The position numbers and the translations under genes are program-made. Under the pieces are notes generated by a model. That model saw only the letters and a list, made by a program, of their open reading frames with translations. It ran no database searches and had not been told where the DNA came from. A DNA stretch of 64,000 nt. Source: Selaginella moellendorffii. Taxonomy: Eukaryota; Plantae; Lycopodiophyta. Below, in pieces: positions 49,201 to 63,074 of the stretch; position 1 is the stretch's first letter, and every line of letters starts with the position of its first letter. The DNA lies in contig NW_003314327.1 of NCBI RefSeq assembly GCF_000143415.4, forward strand, positions 1,002,725 to 1,066,724. Direction: 5' to 3'.

Positions 49201-51275
49201 GCCATCCATCCATGAGTGGTCATCCCAGATCCACTCTTTAGGATGCCCGCAGACATGGGGAATAGCTTTTTGCAATATCCCTTTTCCAGTCCCCACCAAT
49301 GTCCCTTTCTATCCATGGCCGTGTTCGCCAACACTGCCACTAGATCAAGGCCCATAGGCCCAACCATTAAGTCCCACCTCCTCTGGGACTTCCTCCTTAC
49401 ACGACCGTATCCTTGATCACTACACCATAAGACTGCTCCTCTTCCTTTCTACAATTTGGGACTTGGGACAGCATTTTAAAACACCATGTCCCTATGCGAG
49501 CCTCGTGGGTACTCTTCCTGCCTTCCACCATTGGATGCTCTAGCCATGGGCTTAGAGCGAGGTTTCGTTAAGCCACGCCAGGTATCCAAGTAGGTAGTGC
49601 CACCCACACTTGGACTGGGAGCATCAACCATTCGATCTCCCAGGGGAACTAGAGTCGGTTCTTGAACACTTCACCAAGCTACCCCACTTGTTGGTCCGTA
49701 TTCACTCTAATCTTGGACTTCCCAGTAGTAATCTCATCACCCAACACCTAGGTACAGCCTTCCTGGGCCAAATTAGCCTTTCCTGGCCAAATTGGCTCCA
49801 CTGGGCTTCAACCCCCACACTCTCCCTATTATACTTTTGGAACCCCCCGCAGCCCCCCCCCCCCCTCCAGGGGACGATCCAGTTATTACAAACCACTCTA
49901 ACCGTTTGAATTGCTTTACATCTAATACATTTAGGTGAATTAGTTAAAGCTCAAAAATTTGTTATACAAATTTGATCAACAATTTGTATTGACCATTGTC
50001 ACCTATTGGCGGAAAGGCTAGAGAGAAATTTACCTTAAAAAGTAATTTTTCTCTAGATCTGAAGCAAAGTTTTCCACAAATTAGCTATTATATGTTTGAA
50101 AAACTACCTAACGTCATTCCACAAACAAATTGATCTAGAATATACTATCATGTGTTAGATAATTTAACACTTGTGTTGATTTTATAGGGCAATTTCATGA
50201 AATGGTCTCCACGCCCAATTCAAATTAGTCTTTAGTGTTGATCTAGTTTGCCTAAAATTTGCCAAAAGCAATAGGCCATTCTTTCTAATTTTACAATTGT
50301 AAGAGCAAGGATGGCTATATGCCAGAGGGTAAAACCCACTGCGAAGCAAACAAGCTATTCCGGAATTAGCTATAATATGCCAAAAACATGTAAACATTGA
50401 ATTAATTTTAACCACATTAGGCACGGGTAGAAAGGGAAGATCCTCCTACACACCTAGATGGAGAGATTGAGGATTGACAACCCTCCACAGTTCTAATAGA
50501 AGTTTATTGGATTAATTGGGGTATATAAAGTAAGAATATTTATCAATGATCACCACACCTATTAAAAGATACATTTTTCTTATAGACCTAGATAGAAGTT
50601 GGTTGATCCCCACTCTGTGTGACTAAGCAAAAGTATAAGAAAAGAAAAAACTAAACTATTTTATGTGCCTAACTAAGCTAATGAATTATAGATTTAACAA
50701 AATTGCTTAAATAACTTGACGAATTACCAAGTGAAATACTTGATAGTATTCTGCTCAAGATATATAGAAGTCTGACTCTTGATACCTTTATTATTGTTAA
50801 ATAAGGTGGGATAATACACTTAGATTACTTTGTAAGTACATAGTGTAAACGAGACTTATATCTATGGAGTTACCTATACAAAGAGAAAATAGTACCAAGA
50901 TTCTTCCTAAACAAAGAGATAGTTTGCCTATTTGAGCTAGATACAAATCCTAAGTATTATAATCTGTAAAGGATTTATAAAATTCTGCCTATTAGATAAT
51001 TACTAAAATTTTATCCAATCTTAGGCAAAGAAGCTATTATATAGAAATTTTAATTGTTCATAATAAAGCTTGGATACCCATAGGTAGAAATACACTTACT
51101 GATAATTGGTTTTACTCCTTATCCTCATCTTCATCCTTCTGCTTTACCTGCTTTAAGAAAACTCAATTGTTAGGCACTAGATTAAGATAATAAGATAAAG
51201 AAAGGGCCCTGCAATCAAGTGATCACCCCTTTAGCCAGTTGACTTAGGGTGTAAGGGATAGGATCCTAACATTAA

Positions 51276-52032
51276 TGTTATGATCTGGTGCAAAAAAACA
51301 AAGATTGAGTCTTTTTAGACTACATTATACTTCCTCTTGAAGTTCCTCACCACCCAACCACCCCTAAACTACCTCAAAAGCTCCATTGCACCACCACTCT
51401 ACTATGAGCCCTAGGGTAGGTTAAGTCCCTTATCCTAATATGCTTTAATATACCCTTGAGCTTCCCATTGACTGATGTTCACTGCATGTTTAAAGCTAGC
51501 ACCTAACAATTCTTCCCCTCTAAAAAAGTCCTTGTCCCAAAGATGAGTTATACCAGTGATCACCCTTTCTAGGAAACTCTGCTCAAGCTCTTGGTCCATC
51601 TTCCATAACAGTATATATTAAGGAGGCATTGGGCCCATCATTTCGAGATAATATACTTTTTCACTAGGCTGGCATAAAATACTGAATGATTTTCACCCCA
51701 GCTGGTAGTTACACCCAATAAGCTGCTTTACAATGCACTCCAGCACTTTATTGGACTAGCATATTGATAGGAAAGTTTGTCACTCTTCCCTCTCTATAAA
51801 GGCACTAAGGTGTCCACCGCTCACTTAATGGAAAGATCACTCGCACAAAGACAAGATCACCCACTTTATATTCTCGGAATTGGCAATGCTTATTAGTAAA
51901 CTTCTCTACTCTATCCTGAGCTGCTTGCAAATTACTTTTGCACACCACTAGAATCTCATCAAGTTCTATGGTTAGATTAGTTGCCTCAAAATCAAGTTTA
52001 TCTTGAACATCCTTACTCAAATGTAATCCCAA
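51276..52032 (-). mobile_element. Relic 3' end of another gypsy element: integrase fragment, PPT and probable ~230-bp LTR (51276-51508)
   Basis: LQAAQDRVEKFTNKH..FREYKVGDLVFVRV; on the minus strand GGACAAGGAC..AGAGGGGAAGAAT|TGTTAGG. Confidence 0.6.
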
Positions 52033-52289
52033 CTCCGCAGCTGTTCAGGGATGACACGAACCACGGGAATATTCTAAGAATATTTGATGGCCTATGGGAT
52101 TTAAGGCCGTAACGCCTTAAGGGTTGGGAGGTTGGCCTAGGGTTTGCTCTCTAATTCGTTTCATTAGTATCGGAGCAGCATGTTCTTTTGGGGATGGCGG
52201 GAGAGCAAGCTATTGATCCTGATGAGGAGTATGGCATTAGTGATGATAGCCATGACGATGTAGAAGAAACTCTTGATGATGTCATTCTG

Positions 52290-53170
52290 CGGCAAGGATG
52301 CTAGATTTCTACGATTCAGAGCAACATAAAGGAGGTTAAAGATTCTGTCAATCTCATTAAGGATTTCTTGCTTCACATGGACCCTCAAGGATTGAATCGA
52401 TCTCATGACCGTGATTTCCATTGGTACGTCAAGCATGCCAAGGATTATGGTATTATGGAATGGAAATCATCACCCGATGTTTGTGATAGTCAAGAGATTG
52501 ATTCTTTGTTGGAATTGTGGGAAAGTTGTTGGTCTCACAATCCTTGTGAGGATAAGGTGAAGATAGATTTCTTTGTGACGAAGCTTATGGGCCATGCTTC
52601 TTCGTGGTAGAACTACATCAAAGCTAATCCGAAACTGACTTCTTGGACTGATTTGACAAAGGTTTTCTACACTTCTTTTGTCAAGAAGTTTGAAGAGGTT
52701 GATCTCATGAATCAATTATTAGAGATCCGGCAAGGGACTTTGTCTTTAGATGCGTATGCCCGCAAGTTCCGTGATCTTTGCCTTAGTCTCACAAGCACCT
52801 ATAATGAGCTGCTAAAGGTGCAATGTTTCATCAAAGGATTGAGCTCCATGGATGTGCAGCAGAAGGTCAAAAAGGATTTTCCAGCAACATTGACTGATGC
52901 TATCACTAAGGCTTAGATCTTTTCGCCCGAACCATCAGTCAACTCGGTCAACTCTGGTCAACGAGATAGTCTACAGAGTAGTCAATGTGATGACCAGCTC
53001 GCTAATTCTTCATATTCGGGGAAGAAACGGTTGTTATTCCGTTGTGGCTCGAAGCATGAAGATGGCAGTGAGGCTAAGAAACTTCGTTTGGACCAGCAAG
53101 AGAAAGACAAAGCAGAGGGCAATTGTTTTCGTTGCCATGGGGCTAGATATCAGAACAAGGATTGTTTTGA
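52290..53170 (+). pseudogene. Degenerate retrotransposon gag with decayed zinc knuckle
   Basis: KLMGHASSW*, LLEIRQGTLSLDAYARKF, FIKGL, PATLTDAITKA and CFRCHGARYQNKDC. Confidence 0.65.
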
Positions 53171-53965
53171 AGGGGTCAATGAATGATAAGGTGACTGTGG
53201 TGGAAATTATAGGCAATGATGTGAGTGATAGTGCTTTTGGGGCTGTATTGATGTGTATGAAGACAAAAAGGAATGTTTGGCTTTTCATTGCACTCTTTTC
53301 TGTTCTTCAAACACAATCTTGTTCAGAGTTGTGAATTGTGGTTATCAAGGTGGCTAAAAAATAGTCCACTGGCTATGTTACTGCTGCATGCGCAAATTCA
53401 TTGTAACACAGCCAGTGGAGTATTTTTTGTGTTCAAGCTCAGGTCTGGGTATTCCTCATGTAGCTTGAGCTTTCTCACGTGTAGATCCATTTATGATACT
53501 AGATTTTGACACAACACATTATAAGAAAGACCAGATACTAAACAACAGCATGGCTGTCCATTCGTCCAGTGTCAAAAAGGTATGTTTTCATGAAGATCTC
53601 ATACATGAAATTACATGATAGATATGGAATCATGGTAAATATTTGCAGTATGCTTTTTCAGTATAATGAACCACAAAATTATCTTAGGGAAGCTTCCTAC
53701 ATGTCCCATCAATGTCTTCAACCAGTTACCAATGGAATGGATAGATTTTCAAAAAGAGTCTATCGGTTAGCCCCATATTAATTGTAAGAAACGAAAGTAA
53801 AAACCCTAACTGATAAGAACACAAACTCTAGGGTTTCAAGACAAAAGAACAACCATCCCTCGATGGTGTCTTCCTAAAATCTATTTTCTCTTCACTACTG
53901 CCATACTGCTCTGTGCTCAAACTACTCTATTGCTATTTCACACTTAATCCACTTTCAAAAGCAAA

Positions 53966-56900
53966 ATGAACACAAGAAAAAGATGAGCAACAACAGAACT
54001 GGTTTTGAGCATTTCTGAAAATGTGAATAACACAAATGCACCACACATTAACGTACCAATGAATCACTATATACAGAACAAAATGGGGCTCCTAAACACA
54101 AATCATGAAGGAAACTGTGAAGAAAACTACATAGGGCCAATGGACAAACAATGTGTCCATTGCAGAGCTTTCCATTTTAATGCAGAAACAAAATCACAAT
54201 GCTGTCATCACGGTCGTGTCCAAATAAAAAATAGAAACCATTTCCCTGAATTGATCCAGAGGTTGCTAGAAGGTAATTCAAACCAGGGAAATTTCAAAGA
54301 ACTAATAAGGAACTATAATAGTGCTCTAGCATTTGCTTCCATGGGAGCAAACATCAAAGAATTTTCGGGTGGTGGACCATACTACTTTAAGATACACAGT
54401 CAAGTGTATCACCGAATGGGCAGCTTCAGACCACGAGATGATCAAGAAGCAATGTATTCACAACTCTATATTCTAGATACGGCACAAGCAACAGAAACAA
54501 GAATGAGAAATATGCATAACAAAAAATGCGACCGGGAACTAATGTACAGATTAGATGTTCTCTTACGAGAAATCAATCCCTATGCAAAAGCATTCAAGAT
54601 GTTGCATGAGCTTGAGAATGAGATGTCTCTTTCATCACAAGAGATTGTCATGTACATCAAGGGAGAGAGCACAACAGATCCTCGAAGATACAATGCACCG
54701 TGTTCAAATGAAATTGCTGCCATTTTTACAAATCCAAGTGGGAACCCACCATTTGACCGTAGTATAGCAGTCTATCCAAAGGAAGAATCAATGCAGGAAA
54801 TATCAATCATTTCATCATGTTGTGACCCTATGATCTACCCAATTCTTTTTCCCAGTGGAGAGGACGGATGGTCAAATGATATAAAATACACAGATAATGG
54901 CAATACACTTAAACGTTGTAATGTCACAATGATGGAATTTTATCAGCACAAATTTGCTATATGGGGCATATGTCACAATGGCATAAGAAGCATATATTTC
55001 AACCCTGTGTTGACAGCAGGAAAACTCACACAACAATACATGGTCGATACATACACCAAGATTGAAGGTGGCCGACTAACATGGATAAGAAACCACCAAC
55101 GTGAGCTACGTGCTGAAGCATACGGTGGCCTCTCAGATTTCGTGAAAAACAGAGCCAAACAGGAAGGGGTACGTGCTGGAAAACTAATAATACTTCCATC
55201 CTCATTCACTGGAGGCCCATGACAAATGAATCAGAACTACCAGGATGCCATGAGCCTTGTAAGGAAGTATGGAAAACCTGATTTGTTCATAACATTCACC
55301 TGCAATCCTAAATGGAAAGAGATCACATAGAACTCATAGATGACATTTACAAACGAGAAATATTTGGCCAGGTCAATGCTTATGTCTATGTGATTGAATT
55401 CCAAAAAAGAGGACTGCCACACTGTCATATTTTGGTGATCCTTGGTAAAGATAATAAAATCAAAACTATCGATGACATAGACAATATAGTTACTGCCGAA
55501 ATACCAGATGCCAGACTAGACCCAGAATTATATGAATTGGTTAAAAAGCACATGATACATGGCCCTTGTGGGCCTGAATTTCCAAACAGCCCATGCACGA
55601 AGGATGGTGAATGTAAGTCACACTATCCAAGAGATTACTGTGAAGAAACACAGAATGTCGGTGGTCAGTTTCCAGAGTATAGAAGGTGCCAAGAAGGACA
55701 TACAGTCCTAATAAAGAACAAACCTATTGACAACAGGTTTGTTGTGCCATACAACAAGTACCTCTTACGTAAGTACAGAGCACACATAAATGTCGAGGTG
55801 TGTTCCACTGTAAAAAGTGTCAAGTATATATTCAAATACATATACAAGGGACATGATTGTGCGGAGGTACGCCTTTGAAGGGATGAGAACTCAACACCAG
55901 AACAAGTACTAGACTGGGACGAAATAGAGGCTTTCAGAAACTGCCGCTATGTCTCCGCATCAGAAGGAATATGGAGGATCTATGGATATGACTTACACGG
56001 GAGATCACATTCTATTGAGAGACTGGACATCCACCTGGAAAACCTTCAAAATATTTATTTCAATGATGGTGAGGAAGAGGTTGCATTACAAAGAGGCCGT
56101 AAAACCAAACTGACAGAATGGTTTGAGCTAAACAAGATTGATGAATTTGCAAGGACACTCTTGTACCACGAGATCCCTGAGTGGTATACATGGAATTCAA
56201 GAAACAGAATGTGGACACCACGCCAACGTGCATTCAAGGTGGTTGGTAGAATGTATACTGTATCACCACATGACTCTGAACGTTTCTACCTACGTATGAT
56301 CCTGCTCTACAAAAAAGGTGCTACAAGTTTTAGTGATTTAAAGGTATTAAATGGTGTTGCATATGACACATACCGTTCTACTGCACAAGAAATGGGACTT
56401 CTACAGGATGATTGTGAGTGGGAGAAATGTTTAGAAGAGTCGTTGACATTTCAGATGCCTGCAAAAGTAAGGTATCTATTCAGTGTCATGTGTTTATTTT
56501 GCGAGCTCATTGATCCCAAAAAACTATGGGATAAATTCAAGGAAGGGATGTGTGAAGACTTGGTCCGAAATCACAACAACTATGAAGCAGCAATGCAACA
56601 TGGATTGCATGAAATGTCAATATTACTCCAGGAACATGGCAAGAAACTGTCTGACTACGAGTTACCAGATCCAGAGTTTATAGGAGTTAACGAAACAACA
56701 ACTGAAACAAGATGTGTGCCATGCACACCTGATGAAGCTGAATTACTAAAAACCAGATTGAACAAGGAACAGCTTCACATATTTAACAATGTCTTGAATG
56801 CAATACAAAAAAAAAAAGAAACAAGCAGATTATTCTTTGTTGATGGTGTAGGAGGCACAGGGAAATCATACCTTTTTAACACACTGATAAAATATGTTAC

Positions 56901-58146
56901 TGCTTATGGCATGAAAGTCTTAGCAGTCACGTGGACAGGAATAGCGAGTACTCTTCTTGTAGGAGGCCGAACGGCTCATTCAACATTTAAGCTTCCAGTA
57001 CCAATCACAGAAACATGCACCTCGGACCTGCGAGAGAATTCAGCACCTGCCGAGGTCATAAGAAGAGCTGACCTGCTCATATGGGACGAAATAAGCATGG
57101 TACCCGTTCACGCTTTTAAAGCTGTCGAGAGGGTCTTGCGTGATATAAAAAACTGTGATACAGAATTCGGTGGCATCACATTAGTAACAGGAGGAGATTT
57201 CAGACAGACATTACCTGTTCTAAAAAGAGCCCGTCGCACACAAATTATCCAAAACAGCGTGAAATCCTCACCAATATGGTGGAAACTTGTAAAGTTCTCA
57301 TTACATACAAACATGAGGGTGAACTCTGAAGAAAAGGAATGGTCAAGATGGCTTGTGAAGCTTGGAAATGGTAACCTACCTAGCCTCCAAGGATTCAACC
57401 AAGAAGTTATAAAATTACCTCTAACATCGACATCCAGAGAACAAATGATAGATAATGTGTTTGGAAAGCATATACAACCAAATGACCCAAACCTATCACA
57501 AAAAGCTATTCTCATGACTTTAAATGATCTCTCTCTACAAATGAACGACCAAGTTCTTTCGAGAATGACTGGCAGAACAATAACATACAGAAGCATTGAC
57601 ATTGTAGAAACAGATTCGGAAGAAGAGATGTTGGACTATCTTGTAGAATTTTTAAACTCAGTAACACCATCTGGAATGCCTCCACACAAGCTACAGGTAA
57701 AAATCGGATGTATTGTAATGTTGTTACGCAACATTGACACTAAAAAAGGCCTCTGTAATGGCACTAAGCTGATTATAACCAAGGCACTACCAAATGTTAT
57801 AGAAGCTGAGATTCTACATAATGGTATGCAAGGAAAAAAAGTCCTCCTACCAAGAATCTCTTTAAAACCAACTGAAGAAGACATGCCATTTATCCTCAAA
57901 CGACAACAATTCCCAATAAGGCTTGCGTTCTCCATAACAATTTGCAAATCTCAGGGACAAACATTACAGAATGTGGGTATCTACTTGCCAAGACCTGTTT
58001 TTGGCCATGGTCAACTTTATGTTGCACTTTCAAGAGGAACATCAAAGAAACAAATTACAATGTCTATCGAACAATGTGAAGGACAAGGTGTGCTCCAGAA
58101 CCATAATGTCTATACGAAAAACATTGTGTACAAAGAAATTCTCTAG
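53966..58146 (+). pseudogene. Helitron Rep/Helicase (HUH-Y2 nuclease plus Pif1 helicase), with three TGA stops and one deletion/frameshift near 55330
   Basis: ILPSSFTGGP, PDLFITFTCNPKW, EFQKRGLPHCH, KYIFKYIYKG, DGVGGTGKS, DEISM, GDFRQTLPV and QFPIRLAFSITICKSQGQT. Confidence 0.93.
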
Positions 58147-60064
58147 GATTCATGTCACCAATGTAACAGATGTCCTATCTATCCCAGTGGAGCTGGATTC
58201 CCTGAAAACTTAAATGTGACGAGGATACATAATTTGTCGACCTGAATGTATACATATGTAACATAAGAAATTGGAAGAGATAATGTGGACAGTTTATGTT
58301 GTGTCTAATCTTCACAAACATCCAGGCATAAAACTTCTGCCATCCCGGCCCAGTCCCGGCTGCTATTTTTTGTCATAACCACCATAGCAAAGCTTGCAAC
58401 GTGCCATTGAGAGCTCTTGCCTAGAGCTCGAGTCCTAAGGTTTATTTTTTTTTTTTGTCTTCTCTAAGGAACTTTCTTGAGTTTAAGTTGCTGTTCTTGA
58501 TGAAGGTGGCACAATCACATCAACTACTCAAAAAGACTGTCTGGAGAAGAATTGAAGATCACCATTGCTGCCTACGACTGAGTCCCTGGAGTGGAGAAGC
58601 TGGTGATAAATACAAAGATGGACCTTGCCTTACAGCTTATACAGCATGAGAAGCCCGAGGGCTTGCTACATTACTACAAGGCCATGGAGCTGTCCACAAA
58701 GTTCAATTTGTTTCTCACATGTCCAAGAAGATTTGGCCCCCCATCGATCACAACATGGTCAGATGCTACCAGCATTTTGGACAAATATTCACAGGTTATA
58801 CTTCCCACCAAAGGATCAACTACAAGGAAATAAGTTCAAGAAAAACAAAGAGAAAACTCACAAGGATCTGGCTCACCCAGCAATGCCCAAATTGAAACAA
58901 AACTTTGGAAATTGTANNNNNNNNNNNNNNNNNNNNNNNNNNNNNNNNNNNNNNNNNNNNNNNNNNNNNNNNNNNNNNNNNNNNNNNNNNNNNNNNNNNN
59001 NNNNNNNNNNNNNNNNNNNNNNNNNNNNNNNNNNNNNNNNNNNNNNNNNNNNNNNNNNNNNNNNNNNNNNNNNNNNNNNNNNNNNNNNNNNNNNNNNNNN
59101 NNNNNNNNNNNNNNNNNNNNNNNNNNNNNNNNNNNNNNNNNNNNNNNNNNNNNNNNNNNNNNNNNNNNNNNNNNNNNNNNNNNNNNNNNNNNNNNNNNNN
59201 NNNNNNNNNNNNNNNNNNNNNNNNNNNNNNNNNNNNNNNNNNNNNNNNNNNNNNNNNNNNNNNNNNNNNNNNNNNNNNNNNNNNNNNNNNNNNNNNNNNN
59301 NNNNNNNNNNNNNNNNNNNNNNNNNNNNNNNNNNNNNNNNNNNNNNNNNNNNNNNNNNNNNNNNNNNNNNNNNNNNNNNNNNNNNNNNNNNNNNNNNNNN
59401 NNNNNNNNNNNNNNNNNNNNNNNNNNNNNNNNNNNNNNNNNNNNNNNNNNNNNNNNNNNNNNNNNNNNNNNNNNNNNNNNNNNNNNNNNNNNNNNNNNNN
59501 NNNNNNNNNNNNNNNNNNNNNNNNNNNNNNNNNNNNNNNNNNNNNNNNNNNNNNNNNNNNNNNNNNNNNNNNNNNNNNNNNNNNNNNNNNNNNNNNNNNN
59601 NNNNNNNNNNNNNNNNNNNNNNNNNNNNNNNNNNNNNNNNNNNNNNNNNNNNNNNNNNNNNNNNNNNNNNNNNNNNNNNNNNNNNNNNNNNNNNNNNNNN
59701 NNNNNNNNNNNNNNNNNNNNNNNNNNNNNNNNNNNNNNNNNNNNNNNNNNNNNNNNNNNNNNNNNNNNNNNNNNNNNNNNNNNNNNNNNNNNNNNNNNNN
59801 NNNNNNACATCTACAATGATAAGTTGTTCATTGGAAAAAAGAACTCTCTACCTTCCAATAAATTTGACCAGATCATTACTTGTACGTTTTGAGATCCACA
59901 TTGAGATCTTTTAGCTTTCCTATCATTACCGCATCCTTGATCTCTGTATGGACAAAAAAATGTTTTCTATTCTACATCTTCTTCCACAATCGTACAACTG
60001 ACCTCTTCCTGTGAAGCTGGCTATATATATAGATATAGCATTATAATTTGGCCCCCCTGGGAGA

Positions 60065-62802
60065 TTTGGCCCCCCGTCGATCACAACATGGTCAGATGCT
60101 ACCAGCATTTTGGACAAATATTCATAGGTTATACTTCCCACCAAAGGATCAACTACAAGAAGATAAGTTCAAGAAAAACAAAGAGCAAAGTCATAAGGAT
60201 CTGGCTCACCCAGCAATGCACAAATCAAAACAAAACTTTGGAAATTGTAAGAGCTGGACTTTAATTCTCCTTGAGAGTTTTCAAGAAGATCTGTCCACTA
60301 GGATAAATGTTGCAGTGATAGATTTACGTTTTAAACACCACCTACATTTTCCAACAAGAGATAAGATCTTTGAATTGTTCCTCCTTGAGAGGCTTTAATG
60401 GATAATTGCTGGGGAGGCTAATGTTGCCCTTATAAAGGGATCCTATGAGATCAAGAAGAATTTCTTCAAAAGTTGAGAATTGAGCTAAGAAATTCCATAC
60501 ATGCAAGTAAACCCAGAAGAAAAAGAATGGTCAAGATGGCTTGTGAGCCAAGGAAATGGCAATCTCCCTAACCAAGGTTTAACCAAGTTTACATTGCCGA
60601 GTTCACACCCCAGTGATCAAAGAAGTATATGTATGAATTTGTATATGATATATGTATCTGTAGTTGATTCCCCAGATAAATCCCTGCACCACGACCGAGT
60701 GATCATACAAAGATAGAAGCTGGCCAACTGTATATGGCTTTAGAGTTGGTAGCAGCATGCTCAAGGCTGGATGGTTTCTGGCGAATTCTTGCAGACTTTC
60801 ACTTAGCATGCTAGGTAACAGTAGAGCAGCAAGGAAAGAACATTCAGGAACTTACTTTGTGAGGAGTCAAATAATATGGAACACCTTCCGCTCGAAGTTC
60901 CTCGAGGATCTGAAGAAAGAAACATTTAGACCATGAAAGAATACAAGAGATTCCTTACTGACCCTGCCATCTTGCAAGTTATGCAAAAAAGATTTTGATT
61001 AGAATCCTTTCTATAATTTTAAATTTCTGTAATAACTTCCTATACAGTGATAATAATTGCAACAATATGGGATATGAGAGATCATCTGCTTATATTACTT
61101 TTGTTACCAATAAAAGAAAGGGTATATACAAAGACAATGTTCCATTGTCATAAAAAGTATTTGTGGATATTGATGATCTCCAAGGTATAACTATCAATCT
61201 CTACACTAAAATGACATTATGAATTTCAGACAAACAATTTGAAAAATGTACATCATCACTACTGGATGATGAAAACAAACAATTAATTCTTTAGGATTCA
61301 TGTCACCTATGTAACAGATGTACTATCTATTCCAGCGGAGCTGGATTCCTTGCTAGTATTTATATGTAATAAATATTATATTTATTAAATCTATTCTATA
61401 GCAATGTTTGCCAATACTTAGTTAATTTAAACAATTTTTAACTAATTACATTATTACAAATTGTTTTAATCATTCATCAACTTCTACACAACATTAGTTT
61501 TGGCCCCCTGTCGATCACAACATGGTCAGATGCTACCAGCATTTTGGACAAATATTCACAGGTTATACTTCCCACGAAAGGATCAACTACAAGGAAATAA
61601 GTTCAAGAAAAACAAAGAGAAAACTCACAAGGATCTGGCTCACCCAGCAATGCACAAATCGAAACAAAACTTTGGAAATTGTAAGAGCTGGACTTTAATT
61701 CTCCTTGAGAGTTTTCAAGAATATCTGTCCACTAGGAAGAATGTTGCAGTGATAGATTCACGTTTTAAACACCACCTACATTTTCCAACAAGAGATAAGA
61801 TCTTTGAATTCTTCCTCCTTTCCACATTATCTTGAGAGGCTTTAATGGATAATCGCTGGGGAGGCTAATGTTGACCTTAGAAAGGGATCCTATGAGATCA
61901 AGAAGAATTTCTTCAAAATTGAGAATTGAGCTAAGAAATTCCATACATGCAAGTAAACCCAGAAGAAAAAGAATGGTCAAGATGGCTTGTGAGCCAAGGA
62001 AATGGCAATCTCCCTAACCAAGGTTTAACCAAGTTTACATTGCTGAGTTCACACCCCATTGATCAAAGAAGTATATGTATGAATTTGTATATGATAAATG
62101 TATCTGTAGTTGATTCCCCAGATAAATCCCTGCACCACGACCCAGTGATCATACAAAGATAGAAGATGGCCAACTATATATGGCTTTAGAGTTGGTAGCA
62201 GCATGCTCAAGGCTGGATGGTTGCTGGTGAATTCTTGCAGACTTTCACCTAGCATGCTAGGTAACTGTAGAGCAGCAAGGAAAGAACATACAGGAACTTA
62301 CTTTTTGAGGAGTCAAATAATCCGGAACACCTTCTGCTCGAAGTTCCTCAAGGATCTGAAGAAAGAAACATTTAGACCATGAAAGGATACAAGAGATTCC
62401 TTACTGACCCTGCCATCTTGCAAGTTATACATAAAAGATATTGATTAGAATCCTTTCTATAATTTTAAATTTCTATAATAACTTCCTATACAGTGATAAT
62501 AATTGCAACAATATGGGATATGAGAGACCATATGCTTATATTACTTTTGTTACCAATAAAAGAAAGGGTATATACAAAGACAATGTTCCATTGTCATAAA
62601 AAGTATTTGTGGATATTGATGATCTCCAAGGTATAACTATCAATCTCTACACTAAAATGACATTATGAATTTCAGACAAACGATTTAAAAAATATACATC
62701 ATCACTACTGGATGATGAAAACAAACAACTAATTCTTTAGGATTCATGTCACCTATGTAACAGATGTCCTATCTATTCCAGCGGAGCTGGATTCCTTGCT
62801 AG
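60065..62802 (+). repeat. Tandem ~1.45-kb Helitron-derived units (60065-61356 and 61499-62802; partial copy 58731-58915), each ending in hairpin+CTAG
   Basis: Near-identical units with a helicase fragment (MQVNPEEKEWSRWLV); TCCAGC-GGA-GCTGGA hairpins at 61331 and 62777; CTAG at 61353 and 62799. Confidence 0.85.
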
Positions 62803-63074
62803 TAATNNNNNNNNNNNNNNNNNNNNNNNNNNNNNNNNNNNNNNNNNNNNNNNNNNNNNNNNNNNNNNNNNNNNNNNNNNNNNNNNNNNNNNNNNNNNNN
62901 NNNNNNNNNNNNNNNNNNNNNNNNNNNNNNNNNNNNNNNNNNNNNNNNNNNNNNNNNNNNNNNNNNNNNNNNNNNNNNNNNNNNNNNNNNNNNNNNNNNN
63001 NNNNNNNNNNNNNNNNNNNNNNNNNNNNNNNNNNNNNNNNNNNNNNNNNNNNNNNNNNNNNNNNNNNNNNNNNN

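Larger units (their letters stand above)
14448..49879 (-). mobile_element. Family A element (A-v), host of C, D and B: 3' LTR 14448-14911 plus 22530-23666; internal pieces 23667-24431, 30900-31194 and 45865-48896; 5' LTR 48897-49879, truncated
   Basis: Family A sequence is continuous once C, D and B are removed at their TSDs. PPT ACTCCACCACCCATAG at 23667; Met PBS at 48882-48893. Confidence 0.85.

Noticed and set aside
53801-53840. Telo-box-like AAACCCTAA/TAGGGTTT upstream of RepHel
   Set aside because: These are single short motifs common in plant DNA, too weak to call a promoter or telomeric repeat.
58625-59914. 300-430 aa ORFs across the gap
   Set aside because: They consist mostly of N positions.
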